From positions 1-25,729 of the IMG/VR virus record IMGVR_UViG_3300032218_001448: a stretch of 25,729 nucleotides of DNA; one strand, written 5' to 3'. The notes below the pieces were generated by a model. It searched no databases. It saw only the letters and a program-made list of their open reading frames with translations, and had not been told where the DNA came from. A program made the position numbers and the translations under genes. Position 1 is the stretch's first letter, and the number at the start of each line of letters is the position of its first letter. Of this stretch, positions 6,385 through 14,983 are shown one piece after another. The DNA comes from a virus (Duplodnaviria > Caudoviricetes).

Positions 6385-8103
6385 ATGAGTTGGAAAAAAT
6401 ATTTTAAAACTAGTAACATGCCAGGACAAGTAAGTCCTATCGGTAGTGGAACTTCTTCCTCGCCAGATGCAGGTTATCGAAATTTTGCCAGTACACTTCC
6501 TGAAGTTTATATAGGCCACCCTAATCGTATCGAACGCTATAACCAATACGAACAAATGGACATGGACTCAGAAGTTAACGCTGCACTAGATATTTTAGCT
6601 GAGTTTTGTTCGCAAAAGAATAATGATAATCAGACACCTTTTGACATATATTTTCATGAAAAACCTACCGATAATGAAGTTAAAATTATCAAAGACGAAT
6701 TACAACAGTGGGTTAGTCTGAACCAGCTCAACAAGCGCATTTTTAAGATCGTAAGAAACACTTTGAAGTACGGCGATCAAGTTTTTATTCGAGATCCTGA
6801 AACCTTCAAGCTATTTTGGACAGAAATGAGCAAAGTCACCAAGGTGATTGTAAATGAAAGCGAAGGCAAAAAGCCGGAACAGTACGTAGTCAAAGACTTA
6901 AATCCTAACTTTCAAAATCTTACGGTTACTGCAGTTAGTACATCAGACACATTTGTCAATCATCCGCAAGTTGGCGGCCCTAGCGGTGCATATGTTCAAC
7001 CACGTACTCCTTACAGTGGTGGTTCTAGATTTAGTCATGCTCAAAATGAAGCAGTTATCAATGCTGAACATGTTGTGCATATTAGTTTGACAGAAGGATT
7101 AGATATATTTTGGCCGTTTGGTAATAGCGTGCTTGAGAATGTTTTTAAAGTATTCAAGCAAAAAGAATTACTAGAAGATGCTATCATCATTTATCGCGTT
7201 CAGCGTGCGCCAGAACGAAGAATGTTTAAAATCGATGTTGGTAACATGCCAAGCCATATGGCAATGGCATTTGTAGAACGCATTAAAAATGAAATCAGTC
7301 AGCGCCGTATTCCTACACAAACGGGCGGCGGCGCAAACATGATGGATGCTACATATAATCCATTATCCACACACGAAGATTATTTCTTTCCACAGACAGC
7401 TGATGGCCGTGGTACCAGTGTAGAGATCTTGCCAGGAGGACAAAATCTAGGTGAAATCACAGATTTAAAGTTTTTTACTAACAAACTGTTTAGAGGCTTA
7501 AGAATTCCAGCTAGTTATCTGCCTACTGGCACAGACGACGGTACTCAAGCTATCAGTGATGGTAAAGTTGGTACAGCGTTGATACAAGAATGGCGTTTTA
7601 ATCAGTATTGCACACGCTTGCAAGCTATGCTCATAGATAAGCTTGACACAGAATTCAAGATGTTTATGAGATGGCGCGGTATTAATATTGATGGTCAATT
7701 GTTTGAGTTAATCTTTAACCCACCGCAAAACTTTGCACAATATCGTCAAGCAGACATCGATAGTGCTAAAATTAGTACTTTTACACAACTAGAACAATTC
7801 CCTTATCTTAGCAAACGTTTTTTGATGAAGCGTTATCTAGGTTTGAGTGAGATGGAAATGGCTGAGAACGAAATCATGTGGTCAGAAGAACAAGGAGAAT
7901 CAGCAGACTCAGCAGTAAATCAAGCGCAACTACGTAATGTTGGCATCACACCTGGTGGAATTCAGAGTGATCTTGAAGGCATTGGCGAGATGCCGACCGC
8001 TGAAACGCTACCACCAGAAGCAGGCGGTGAAGCGGGTGTTGAAGCAGGCTCACCGCCGCCGCCAGAAGCAGCGCCAGGCGCTAGCCCACCTGGCGTAGGA
8101 TAA
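6385..8103 (+). CDS. gp20: Portal vertex protein, T4 gp20-like
   Basis: EVNAALDI, LLEDAIIIYRVQRAPERRMFKIDVGNMP, EDYFFP..ADGRGTSVEILPGGQNLGEITDLKFF..KLFRGLRIP: hallmark gp20 motifs. Confidence 0.97.
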   Translation: MSWKKYFKTSNMPGQVSPIGSGTSSSPDAGYRNFASTLPEVYIGHPNRIERYNQYEQMDMDSEVNAALDILAEFCSQKNNDNQTPFDIYFHEKPTDNEVKIIKDELQQWVSLNQLNKRIFKIVRNTLKYGDQVFIRDPETFKLFWTEMSKVTKVIVNESEGKKPEQYVVKDLNPNFQNLTVTAVSTSDTFVNHPQVGGPSGAYVQPRTPYSGGSRFSHAQNEAVINAEHVVHISLTEGLDIFWPFGNSVLENVFKVFKQKELLEDAIIIYRVQRAPERRMFKIDVGNMPSHMAMAFVERIKNEISQRRIPTQTGGGANMMDATYNPLSTHEDYFFPQTADGRGTSVEILPGGQNLGEITDLKFFTNKLFRGLRIPASYLPTGTDDGTQAISDGKVGTALIQEWRFNQYCTRLQAMLIDKLDTEFKMFMRWRGINIDGQLFELIFNPPQNFAQYRQADIDSAKISTFTQLEQFPYLSKRFLMKRYLGLSEMEMAENEIMWSEEQGESADSAVNQAQLRNVGITPGGIQSDLEGIGEMPTAETLPPEAGGEAGVEAGSPPPPEAAPGASPPGVG

Positions 8104-8104
8104 A

Positions 8105-8112
8105 CATAAATA
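8105..8112 (+). promoter_or_regulatory. Late promoter variant CATAAATA
   Basis: 7/8 match immediately before ATG 8118 (would give a near-leaderless mRNA). Confidence 0.55.
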
Positions 8113-8117
8113 AAACT

Positions 8118-8354
8118 ATGTTTATAACCGAAATGTTTGATGACGCTAAGATAGGGTATCAATCTGAGACCGACGACCAAAGTGTCTTAAAATTGACTGA
8201 CATGAGAAAAACGCGCCTCACTCTGCAGCATTTGAATAGATTACGTCAAGCTAATGACGTAAGAAAATTCGAACATGAAAAAAAAATAGAAATAGTTAAG
8301 AAACAATACGCTGCGCCAGCAGCTGCAGGACCTGGTATGCCGGGTGGATTATGA
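8118..8354 (+). CDS. Small head-module protein (78 aa), probable prohead core component
   Basis: Between portal and core/protease genes; RKTRLTLQHLNRLR basic motif; N-terminal MFITE. Confidence 0.7.
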   Translation: MFITEMFDDAKIGYQSETDDQSVLKLTDMRKTRLTLQHLNRLRQANDVRKFEHEKKIEIVKKQYAAPAAAGPGMPGGL

Positions 8355-8407
8355 TTTTCTATAAAAATCCTCAAAAAACATCTATTTAACGCCGTATTTT
8401 TACCAGT

Positions 8408-8426
8408 TTTGTAAATACTTTACAAA
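8408..8426 (+). promoter_or_regulatory. Late promoter variant TGTAAATA (8410-8417) within inverted repeat TTTGTAAA-TAC-TTTACAAA
   Basis: TAAATA core ~35 nt upstream of ATG 8453; AAGGAG SD at 8440-8445. Confidence 0.55.
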
Positions 8427-8452
8427 TGACTTTATATTAAAGGAGTTACCCT

Positions 8453-9421
8453 ATGAACAAATACGAAAAGTTGATCGAACATATCATCAACGATAACGAA
8501 CAAGCAGCCCGCAAGCTGTTTCACCAGATTGTGGTGGAAAAATCTCGCGACATTTACGAAAGTCTTATGGACGAAGAAATGGGTGGAAATCAGACTGAAG
8601 AAATGGTTGATGACATTACCAATGAAGTAGAAATGGACGAAGAAGGTCTAGCTGAAGCTGATGAAGAATTTGGTGATGAAGAAAACGGTGAAGAAGAATT
8701 TGATCTAGATTCTACAGATGACGATGAAGTTGCTAGTGACCATGATGAAATGGGTGACGAAGATCTAGAAGATCGTGTAATGGATCTTGAAAGCGAACTA
8801 GAAGAACTTCAAGCTGAATTTGCTCGTTTAATGAAAGGCGAAGAAGGCGAAGAAGCTGAAGAGGCAGAACATCCTGGCATTCATGACATGGATGGTGCTG
8901 ACTCTGAAAACGAATTTGATTCAGAAGAAGATGAAGGCGAAGAGGAAGAAATGGATGAAGATGAAGAGCTTGATGAAGCCAGACTTTCTTACCGTGATTC
9001 AACTAGCCAAGTTGACATGATGCGTGAATATGTAGAAAAAGTAAAAGATTTCTACAAGAATGACGCTACAGAAGGAGAAAAAGTTGGCGCTCCTTCCTCA
9101 GACAAGACAGTAAATGTAAACAAGAAGAGTGCAATTGCTGGAAAGAATGACATGGGTGGTACAGCAAGCAATATTGTTCATGGTGGAGCTAATGAAAGCC
9201 CAGATGGCAAGCAGTTCAAAGAACCAAGCAACGAATACAGCAAGAAGCGTGGTGATCTGCCTGGCGCTGGCAAGTTCCAAAATGTACCTGGAAAAAATGC
9301 TAAGCAAGAAATGACTGGCAAATCATATGAAAAAGCCCGTGAAAAAGAAGGTAAGACTGTTGGTGCTAATGGCTCTGTTCCGGTAAACAAGAAGAGCGAA
9401 ATTGGCGGAAAGGTTCGATAA
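8453..9421 (+). CDS. Highly acidic prohead core/scaffold-like protein (322 aa)
   Basis: Strong SD; very D/E-rich centre with short coiled coil (LEDRVMDLESELEELQAEFARLM); position equivalent to T4 gp67/gp68 between portal and protease. Confidence 0.7.
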   Translation: MNKYEKLIEHIINDNEQAARKLFHQIVVEKSRDIYESLMDEEMGGNQTEEMVDDITNEVEMDEEGLAEADEEFGDEENGEEEFDLDSTDDDEVASDHDEMGDEDLEDRVMDLESELEELQAEFARLMKGEEGEEAEEAEHPGIHDMDGADSENEFDSEEDEGEEEEMDEDEELDEARLSYRDSTSQVDMMREYVEKVKDFYKNDATEGEKVGAPSSDKTVNVNKKSAIAGKNDMGGTASNIVHGGANESPDGKQFKEPSNEYSKKRGDLPGAGKFQNVPGKNAKQEMTGKSYEKAREKEGKTVGANGSVPVNKKSEIGGKVR

Positions 9422-9432
9422 GGTAAGTTGAG

Positions 9433-10080
9433 ATGTCGTTACTGCTAAGAGAACATCTTACGTTTGATAAAGCCCAGATCAAAGTAGTTCTGGAAGAATC
9501 ACACGATGGAAAAGGTGGAAAAGATCTTTATATGGAAGGGATATTCATTGAAGGCGGCGTTAAGAACGCAAACCAACGTGTATATCCTGTTAACGAGATC
9601 AAAAAAGCAGTCGAACACATTAATGGTCAGTTGACAGAAGGTTACTCGGTGCTAGGTGAAGTAGATCATCCAGATGATCTTAAAATTAATCTAGACCGAG
9701 TTAGTCATCTGATTCAAAAAATGTGGATGGACGGACCAACTGGTTGTGGAAAGCTAAAGATTCTACCAACTCCAATGGGAAAACTGATTGAAGCGATGTT
9801 GACATCTGGCGTTAAGCTTGGTGTTAGCAGTCGCGGTTCAGGTCAAGTAAATGAAAGCAGCGGCAATGTCAGTGATTTTGAAATCATCACCATAGACATT
9901 GTTGCGCAACCATCTGCTCCACACGCATATCCTAAGGCTATCTACGAAGGACTTATGAACATGAATGGCGGACAGAAACTTTTTGGCATAGCAAAAGATG
10001 CTAGCGCTGATAAAAGAGTACAAAAGTATCTTGAAAAGGCAGTGGTAAGCCTAATCAATGATCTAAAAATAAGGAGATAA
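9433..10080 (+). CDS. gp21: Prohead core protease, T4 gp21-like
   Basis: LYMEGIFI..KNANQRVYP, GEVDHP (catalytic His), INLDRVSH, TPMG, LGVSSRGSG (catalytic Ser), DIVAQPSAP. Confidence 0.96.
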   Translation: MSLLLREHLTFDKAQIKVVLEESHDGKGGKDLYMEGIFIEGGVKNANQRVYPVNEIKKAVEHINGQLTEGYSVLGEVDHPDDLKINLDRVSHLIQKMWMDGPTGCGKLKILPTPMGKLIEAMLTSGVKLGVSSRGSGQVNESSGNVSDFEIITIDIVAQPSAPHAYPKAIYEGLMNMNGGQKLFGIAKDASADKRVQKYLEKAVVSLINDLKIRR

Positions 10081-10083
10081 CCA

Positions 10084-11181
10084 ATGCTAGATGCTATCAA
10101 ATCGTTGTTAGACAACGGCATCATTAACGAATCTACACAGCAGGCTATCAATGAAGCTTGGGAAACCAAGCTGAATGAAGCACGCGAGGAATTGCGTGTT
10201 GAGCTTCGTGAAGAATTCGCTGGCCGTTATGAGCACGACAAACAAGTGATGGTTGAAGCTCTAGACAAAATGGTCACCGACAGTCTTTCTGAAGAAATTC
10301 AAGAATTTCAGGCAGACAAGCGGGCTCTGGCTGAAGATCGTGCGAAATTCAATATTCGTATGATGGAAAGCGCACGCAAGTTCAATGACTTTATGGTCAG
10401 TAAACTTGCAGAGGAAATCCAAGAACTACGCGCAGATCGCAAAGAATATCAGAATAGCCTTTGCAAGCTAGAAGAATTTACGACTCGTGCGTTAGCTGAA
10501 GAAATCCAAGAGTTCGAACAAGACAAACGAGCAGTTGTCGAAACTAAAGTAAAACTAGTGCGTGAAGCTAAATCAAAAATGGCTGAAATGCAAAAGACAT
10601 TTATTGAACGTTCGGCTGAATTGGTTCGTGAAGCGGTGGCAAATTCACTAGAGACTGAATTGACTCAGCTCAAAGAAGATATTCAAATTGCTCGTGAGAA
10701 CATGTTTGGACGTCGTATTTTTGAAGCGTTTGCAAATGAATTCAGTGTAACACACTTGAATGAAAATAAAGAAATCGCTCGTATGCGTACTCTACTTCAA
10801 AAGCAAGAAAAAACTCTTGTTGAAGCACGCCGAGTTACAGAGCAGAAATCTAAATTGATTGAAAATAAAGAGCGTGAGATCCGTGTGATCAAAGAAACAG
10901 CAGAGCGCAAAGAAACAATGAGCAAACTGCTTAAAACATTAAACTCAGAGAAATCAGCCGTGATGGGCCAACTTCTCGAATCAGTGCAGACCCATAAGTT
11001 ACAGGCTGCATTTGACAAGTATCTACCAGCTGTTCTTACAAATGGCACAAGAAAGCCAGAAGTTGTAAAAACTTCTGTTCTTACTGAAAGTCGTGTAGAA
11101 GTAACTGGTGATAAAACTGCTAAGAGCGAAGTCGATGACAGTAACGTCATTGAACTGCGTCGCCTAGCAGGGCTAAAGTGA
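10084..11181 (+). CDS. gp22: Prohead core scaffolding protein, T4 gp22-like
   Basis: Long E/K/R-rich coiled coil, FGRRIFEAF motif, located between protease and capsid genes; AAGGAG SD. Confidence 0.88.
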   Translation: MLDAIKSLLDNGIINESTQQAINEAWETKLNEAREELRVELREEFAGRYEHDKQVMVEALDKMVTDSLSEEIQEFQADKRALAEDRAKFNIRMMESARKFNDFMVSKLAEEIQELRADRKEYQNSLCKLEEFTTRALAEEIQEFEQDKRAVVETKVKLVREAKSKMAEMQKTFIERSAELVREAVANSLETELTQLKEDIQIARENMFGRRIFEAFANEFSVTHLNENKEIARMRTLLQKQEKTLVEARRVTEQKSKLIENKEREIRVIKETAERKETMSKLLKTLNSEKSAVMGQLLESVQTHKLQAAFDKYLPAVLTNGTRKPEVVKTSVLTESRVEVTGDKTAKSEVDDSNVIELRRLAGLK

Positions 11182-11187
11182 CTAAAC

Positions 11188-11200
11188 CCTAAATAGGAGA
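11188..11200 (+). promoter_or_regulatory. Late promoter variant CCTAAATA followed by GGAGA SD (major capsid gene)
   Basis: TAAATA core at 11190-11195, SD 11195-11200, ATG 11210. Confidence 0.45.
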
Positions 11201-11209
11201 AAATTAGAA

Positions 11210-12382
11210 ATGAAACAAGCACTTTTAGAAAGCCGTTGGGGCGAAACCAAAGAAGCCCTGCTTGAAGGCTTAAATGGTTCCAAGAGAACCACAATGGGTG
11301 TTGTCCTCGACAACACTCGCAAGTATCTAGCAGAAAACGCCACAGCCGGCGCTACTGCTAGCAGCAATGTTGCTACATTAAATCGCGTGATTCTTCCCGT
11401 GATTCGTCGCGTCATGCCAACTGTTATTGCTAACGAAATCGTTGGCGTGCAGCCAATGACTGGTCCAGTAGCCCAGATCCACACCCTACGTGTTCGCTAT
11501 GCTGACACAGTAAATGGCAGTGGTGGCGCAACTGGTACTACAGCTGGTGACGAAGCTCTCAGCCCATTCAAGATTGCCACAGCTTATTCAGGATCTGCAA
11601 CTGGTTATGGCCAGACTACAGCCACTCTTGAAGGAACTGCTGGTAATCGTATCAATGTCCAGATCTTAAAGCAGGTCGTCGAAGCTAAGACACGCAAGCT
11701 CTCAGCTCGTTGGACTTTTGAAGCTGCTCAGGATGCCCAGAGCATGCACGGTCTTGACGTTGAAGCTGAAATCATGGCTGCTCTAGCTCAGGAAATCACT
11801 GTTGAAATTGACCAAGAAATCCTAGGCTCATTGCGCGCTCTATCTGCTACAGACTATGCTTATGACCAGAGTGCTGTGTCCGGTACTGCTACATTTGTTG
11901 GTGACGAACACGCTGCCCTAGCTGTTCTAATCAATCGTGCTGCTAACTTGATTGCTCAGCGCACTCGTCGTGGTGCTGGTAACTGGGCTGTTGTTTCACC
12001 TGCTGCACTAACTGTGCTCCAGAGTGCTACTACTTCAGCTTTTGCTCGCACTACTGAAGGTACATTTGAAGCTCCAACTAACACTAAGTTTGTTGGTACA
12101 CTAAATGGTGCCATGCGTATCTATGTTGACTCTTATGCCAATGACTCAGCACCTGTTCTAGTCGGCTACAAGGGTTCAAGCGAAGCTGATGCTGCTGCGT
12201 TCTATTGCCCATATATCCCACTGATGTCTTCTGGCGTCGTGTTGGATCCAAGCACATTTGAACCAGTGGTTGGCTTCATGACAAGATATGGCTTCGTGGA
12301 ATTGACCAATACTGCCTCAAGTTTAGGTAATGCTGGTGACTACGTGTCTGAAATCTCAGTCGCAAACCTCAGCTTCCAGTAA
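11210..12382 (+). CDS. gp23: Major capsid protein, T4 gp23-like
   Basis: IRRVMPTVIANEIVGVQPMTGP, VEAKTRKLSARWTFEAAQD, EITVEIDQEI, IAQRTRRGAGN, GYKGSSEADAAAFYCPYIPL, FEPVVGFMTRYG. Confidence 0.98.
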   Translation: MKQALLESRWGETKEALLEGLNGSKRTTMGVVLDNTRKYLAENATAGATASSNVATLNRVILPVIRRVMPTVIANEIVGVQPMTGPVAQIHTLRVRYADTVNGSGGATGTTAGDEALSPFKIATAYSGSATGYGQTTATLEGTAGNRINVQILKQVVEAKTRKLSARWTFEAAQDAQSMHGLDVEAEIMAALAQEITVEIDQEILGSLRALSATDYAYDQSAVSGTATFVGDEHAALAVLINRAANLIAQRTRRGAGNWAVVSPAALTVLQSATTSAFARTTEGTFEAPTNTKFVGTLNGAMRIYVDSYANDSAPVLVGYKGSSEADAAAFYCPYIPLMSSGVVLDPSTFEPVVGFMTRYGFVELTNTASSLGNAGDYVSEISVANLSFQ

Positions 12383-12403
12383 GATTAAACTTACAAAAAG
12401 CAA

Positions 12404-12435
12404 AAAGAAAAGCCCACTTCGGTGGGCTTTTTCTT
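12404..12435 (+). terminator. Rho-independent terminator (likely bidirectional) after capsid gene
   Basis: AAAAGCCCAC-TTCG-GTGGGCTTTT followed by TCTT; C(UUCG)G tetraloop; A-tract upstream. Confidence 0.93.
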
Positions 12436-12465
12436 GGCTAGTTTTATGATAGATTAAACTTGGTT

Positions 12466-12496
12466 TTGATGAAAAATTATCAGAATCTGATATAAT
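12466..12496 (+). promoter_or_regulatory. Host sigma70-type promoter (extended -10 TGaTATAAT 12488-12496; possible -35 TTGATG 12466-12471)
   Basis: Perfect TGnTATAAT; -35-like hexamer at 19-nt spacing. Confidence 0.6.
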
Positions 12497-12588
12497 GATT
12501 AACTTAAAATTTGATAGAATTTGGGATTGCGGAAATAAGGTATTCACGTATACACAAATAATCAAATAAATAATTAAAAGGAATCAAA

Positions 12589-12879
12589 ATGAAAGAAACT
12601 GAAATTGCTGAAGTTCTGGAAGACGGCACAATACACTTATTTGATATGGATGTATGCAACCAGGTGGCTGATGAAACGATAGATATGCTGCTAAACAAAG
12701 AAAATCAAATGTTGAAATATGACTTTACAGCCACAGTGTTTAGTCTTTTTAGTCGAGCAGTTCACATACTAACCAGTTCAGGTTGGAGTACTGAAGAACT
12801 GATCAATGAAGTCATAGATCATTCAGAAGCAGAAGATGCTGATGATTTTGATTGCGATCATGAAGATGGGCAAGACTGA
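12589..12879 (+). CDS. Hypothetical acidic protein (96 aa)
   Basis: AAGGA SD; 26 D/E versus 4 K/R by hand count; no family recognised. Confidence 0.7.
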   Translation: MKETEIAEVLEDGTIHLFDMDVCNQVADETIDMLLNKENQMLKYDFTATVFSLFSRAVHILTSSGWSTEELINEVIDHSEAEDADDFDCDHEDGQD

Positions 12880-12881
12880 AT

Positions 12882-13442
12882 ATGCGTTTCTCCGAGATGA
12901 CAATGCGCGGCCCAGATTTATCTAAACAAGCTCAAGATTTTGTCGATAAATATCAAGATCATTGGAAAAAACACGGAAAATATATTGCTGATATAGAAAA
13001 ATATCGTGTATTACAAGATAGAATTTATTATTCGCTGTGGAACAATGATGAACAAATAATAGCAGCAGTAGCATTGTATAATGCAGACAATACAGTAGAC
13101 GATGCATGGGTTCATCCTGCTTATCGTAACCAAAAAATATTTTCAAAAATATTATGGTTTTTTAAAACTAGATTGAATAAAACTCCACTTCTACTCGGGC
13201 AAGTGCATTCAAACATTATGCAAGAAGTAATTAAAGGCTTAAGTAGATTTGAAAAAAATTGGTTCAATGTCAGAACATTAGAAAAGAAACCGTTTTCTTT
13301 AGAGACACTGGATGATTTTTATAGTTGGGGACAAGTTACTCCGTGGCGGTTGATGTTAGAAAACGCAGGCGATTTCTCTGAATGGCCTATGTTTAGTGGA
13401 CAAGGATTCGTTCTCGAAACATACGAAGGCTATATCGATTAA
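12882..13442 (+). CDS. Putative GNAT-fold acetyltransferase-like protein (186 aa)
   Basis: IIAAVAL...VDDAWVHPAYRNQKIFSKIL resembles GNAT motif A (V.P.YR.xG(I) acetyl-CoA loop, Gly replaced by Lys). Confidence 0.6.
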   Translation: MRFSEMTMRGPDLSKQAQDFVDKYQDHWKKHGKYIADIEKYRVLQDRIYYSLWNNDEQIIAAVALYNADNTVDDAWVHPAYRNQKIFSKILWFFKTRLNKTPLLLGQVHSNIMQEVIKGLSRFEKNWFNVRTLEKKPFSLETLDDFYSWGQVTPWRLMLENAGDFSEWPMFSGQGFVLETYEGYID

Positions 13443-13453
13443 TCTAAAATTGC

Positions 13454-13461
13454 CATAAATA
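13454..13461 (+). promoter_or_regulatory. Late promoter variant CATAAATA
   Basis: 7/8 match, 68 nt upstream of ATG 13530. Confidence 0.7.
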
Positions 13462-13522
13462 GTATTGTTCTCATGAACTCCCGGAGTCGCCACTCCGGGT
13501 AGCTTAGAACGCTATACAGGAG
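13462..13522 (+). promoter_or_regulatory. Structured 5' leader (hairpin plus possible pseudoknot) abutting SD
   Basis: CCCGGAGT-CGCC-ACTCCGGG (13480-13499); GTTCT (13467-13471) complementary to AGAAC (13506-13510); AGGAG SD 13518-13522. Confidence 0.6.
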
Positions 13523-13529
13523 AAATTAA

Positions 13530-14276
13530 ATGGCAAAATTAAAAATTACAAATACTGATTCTAGTAATCAGATTCATGATCGTTATACCCAACCTCAGTA
13601 TATAAACGGTGCATATACCGGCGGTACAGGTGGCAAAACTAATCAAACAGGTCGTCAACTTTCACCAAACGTAAAAGTTGGTACCAACAGTGCTGCTGCG
13701 GGCAGTATTATAGCCCAAAAAGGCTCACATAAGTTTCGTGTTTTGGATACCACTGGAGCAGCAGGTAATCAAGGAACCTGCACACTAGTTAATCTTCCAG
13801 TTCCAACTGCATCAAATACAATGAGTTTGAAAATTACTCTATCAAGTGCTACCAGTGCTAGTTTAATAGCTTGTAACAATTTTAGTGTAACAACTAGTTT
13901 CGTTACATACACAACTAGTAGTGCTACTGGACCTGTAGCAGTGCCACGAGTCGGCGATTATATCATGGGATTGCCAAGCAGCCCAAATATTGCAGCCACT
14001 GGTGCTCAGGTCACTTCAATTATTTCGTCAGGACCAACTGCTAATATCGCTATTGCAGTAACAGGTCAGACAGCATCTTCAACTGGATTAACTGTATATA
14101 ATACAACTTATGCAAGTAAGATAAACAACAAGTTTGTTTGGGATTGGTATACTAACGGAAATCCAGATTCAACAAATGGTACTATCACATTCTATACAAG
14201 TGGATATAATCCAACTCGTTTCTTGTATCATTTGGCTGCACCAGATACTACATATGTTCAGGTTGATTATAACTAA
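13530..14276 (+). CDS. Virion structural protein (248 aa), function unassigned
   Basis: Own late promoter, strong SD and terminator (monocistronic); T/S/G/N-rich beta-type composition; GSIIAQKGSHKFRV and YASKINNKFVWDW blocks. Confidence 0.7.
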   Translation: MAKLKITNTDSSNQIHDRYTQPQYINGAYTGGTGGKTNQTGRQLSPNVKVGTNSAAAGSIIAQKGSHKFRVLDTTGAAGNQGTCTLVNLPVPTASNTMSLKITLSSATSASLIACNNFSVTTSFVTYTTSSATGPVAVPRVGDYIMGLPSSPNIAATGAQVTSIISSGPTANIAIAVTGQTASSTGLTVYNTTYASKINNKFVWDWYTNGNPDSTNGTITFYTSGYNPTRFLYHLAAPDTTYVQVDYN

Positions 14277-14306
14277 ACTTGCTGATTTAATAGCATGACA
14301 CAGATT

Positions 14307-14333
14307 GAAAGCAGCTTCGGCTGCTTTCTTTTT
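14307..14333 (+). terminator. Rho-independent terminator
   Basis: GAAAGCAGC-TTCG-GCTGCTTTC-TTTTT. Confidence 0.93.
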
Positions 14334-14356
14334 GGAAAAATAATATCCAGACTTAT

Positions 14357-14364
14357 GCTAAATA
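14357..14364 (+). promoter_or_regulatory. Late promoter variant GCTAAATA
   Basis: TAAATA core between terminator and ATG 14388. Confidence 0.55.
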
Positions 14365-14387
14365 TAGAATAAAGCAGGATTCTGAGG

Positions 14388-14972
14388 ATGTCAACAACGA
14401 AACGTATCTCTGGCACTTACACTATACAGAGTATAAACAGCACTGACAATATAAACATCAACACTAATCAGTTGACGATAAACGGAAACTTATTGGTAAT
14501 CGGTAACACTACCACGATTGATACCAACCAGGTTAATCTATTTTATTCAAATATTATGCTTAATACTGGCGTGAGTCCAAGTAGTCCAGCTAATCCAATT
14601 GGTGCATATATCTTTAATGATAGAGGTACAACTGGCGCTAATGTTGCAATAAGATGGAATGAAACATCAACAGCTTGGCAGTTTACAAATGATGGCGTTA
14701 CATATAATAATATAGGTTCTACTAGTCTTACCGCAAACCTTGATATAAAAAATTATACAATTTACAGCAGCACAGTAGCTAATGTAGCGTTTGATAGCAA
14801 TATTTCAATAAAAAATACAACAACTGCGCCACCAGCAGTCAGTGGATATAACGTACTTTATGCACAAACACCTAACAGCGGTGGTTCTGGATTATATGTG
14901 ACTAACTCAACTGCAACAGATGAACTAGCGACCAAAAGCGCCGCTATAAAATACAGCATTATTTTTGGATAG
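14388..14972 (+). CDS. Virion structural/fibre-associated protein (194 aa)
   Basis: LTINGNLLVIGNTTTI, DRGT...IRWNETSTAWQFTNDG fibre-like motifs; C-terminal DELATKSAAIKYSIIFG. Confidence 0.7.
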   Translation: MSTTKRISGTYTIQSINSTDNININTNQLTINGNLLVIGNTTTIDTNQVNLFYSNIMLNTGVSPSSPANPIGAYIFNDRGTTGANVAIRWNETSTAWQFTNDGVTYNNIGSTSLTANLDIKNYTIYSSTVANVAFDSNISIKNTTTAPPAVSGYNVLYAQTPNSGGSGLYVTNSTATDELATKSAAIKYSIIFG

Positions 14973-14983
14973 GATAAAATTAA

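Noticed and set aside
10797-11484. Antisense ORFs over scaffold/capsid genes
   Set aside because: Overlap highly conserved sense genes; no independent coding signals.
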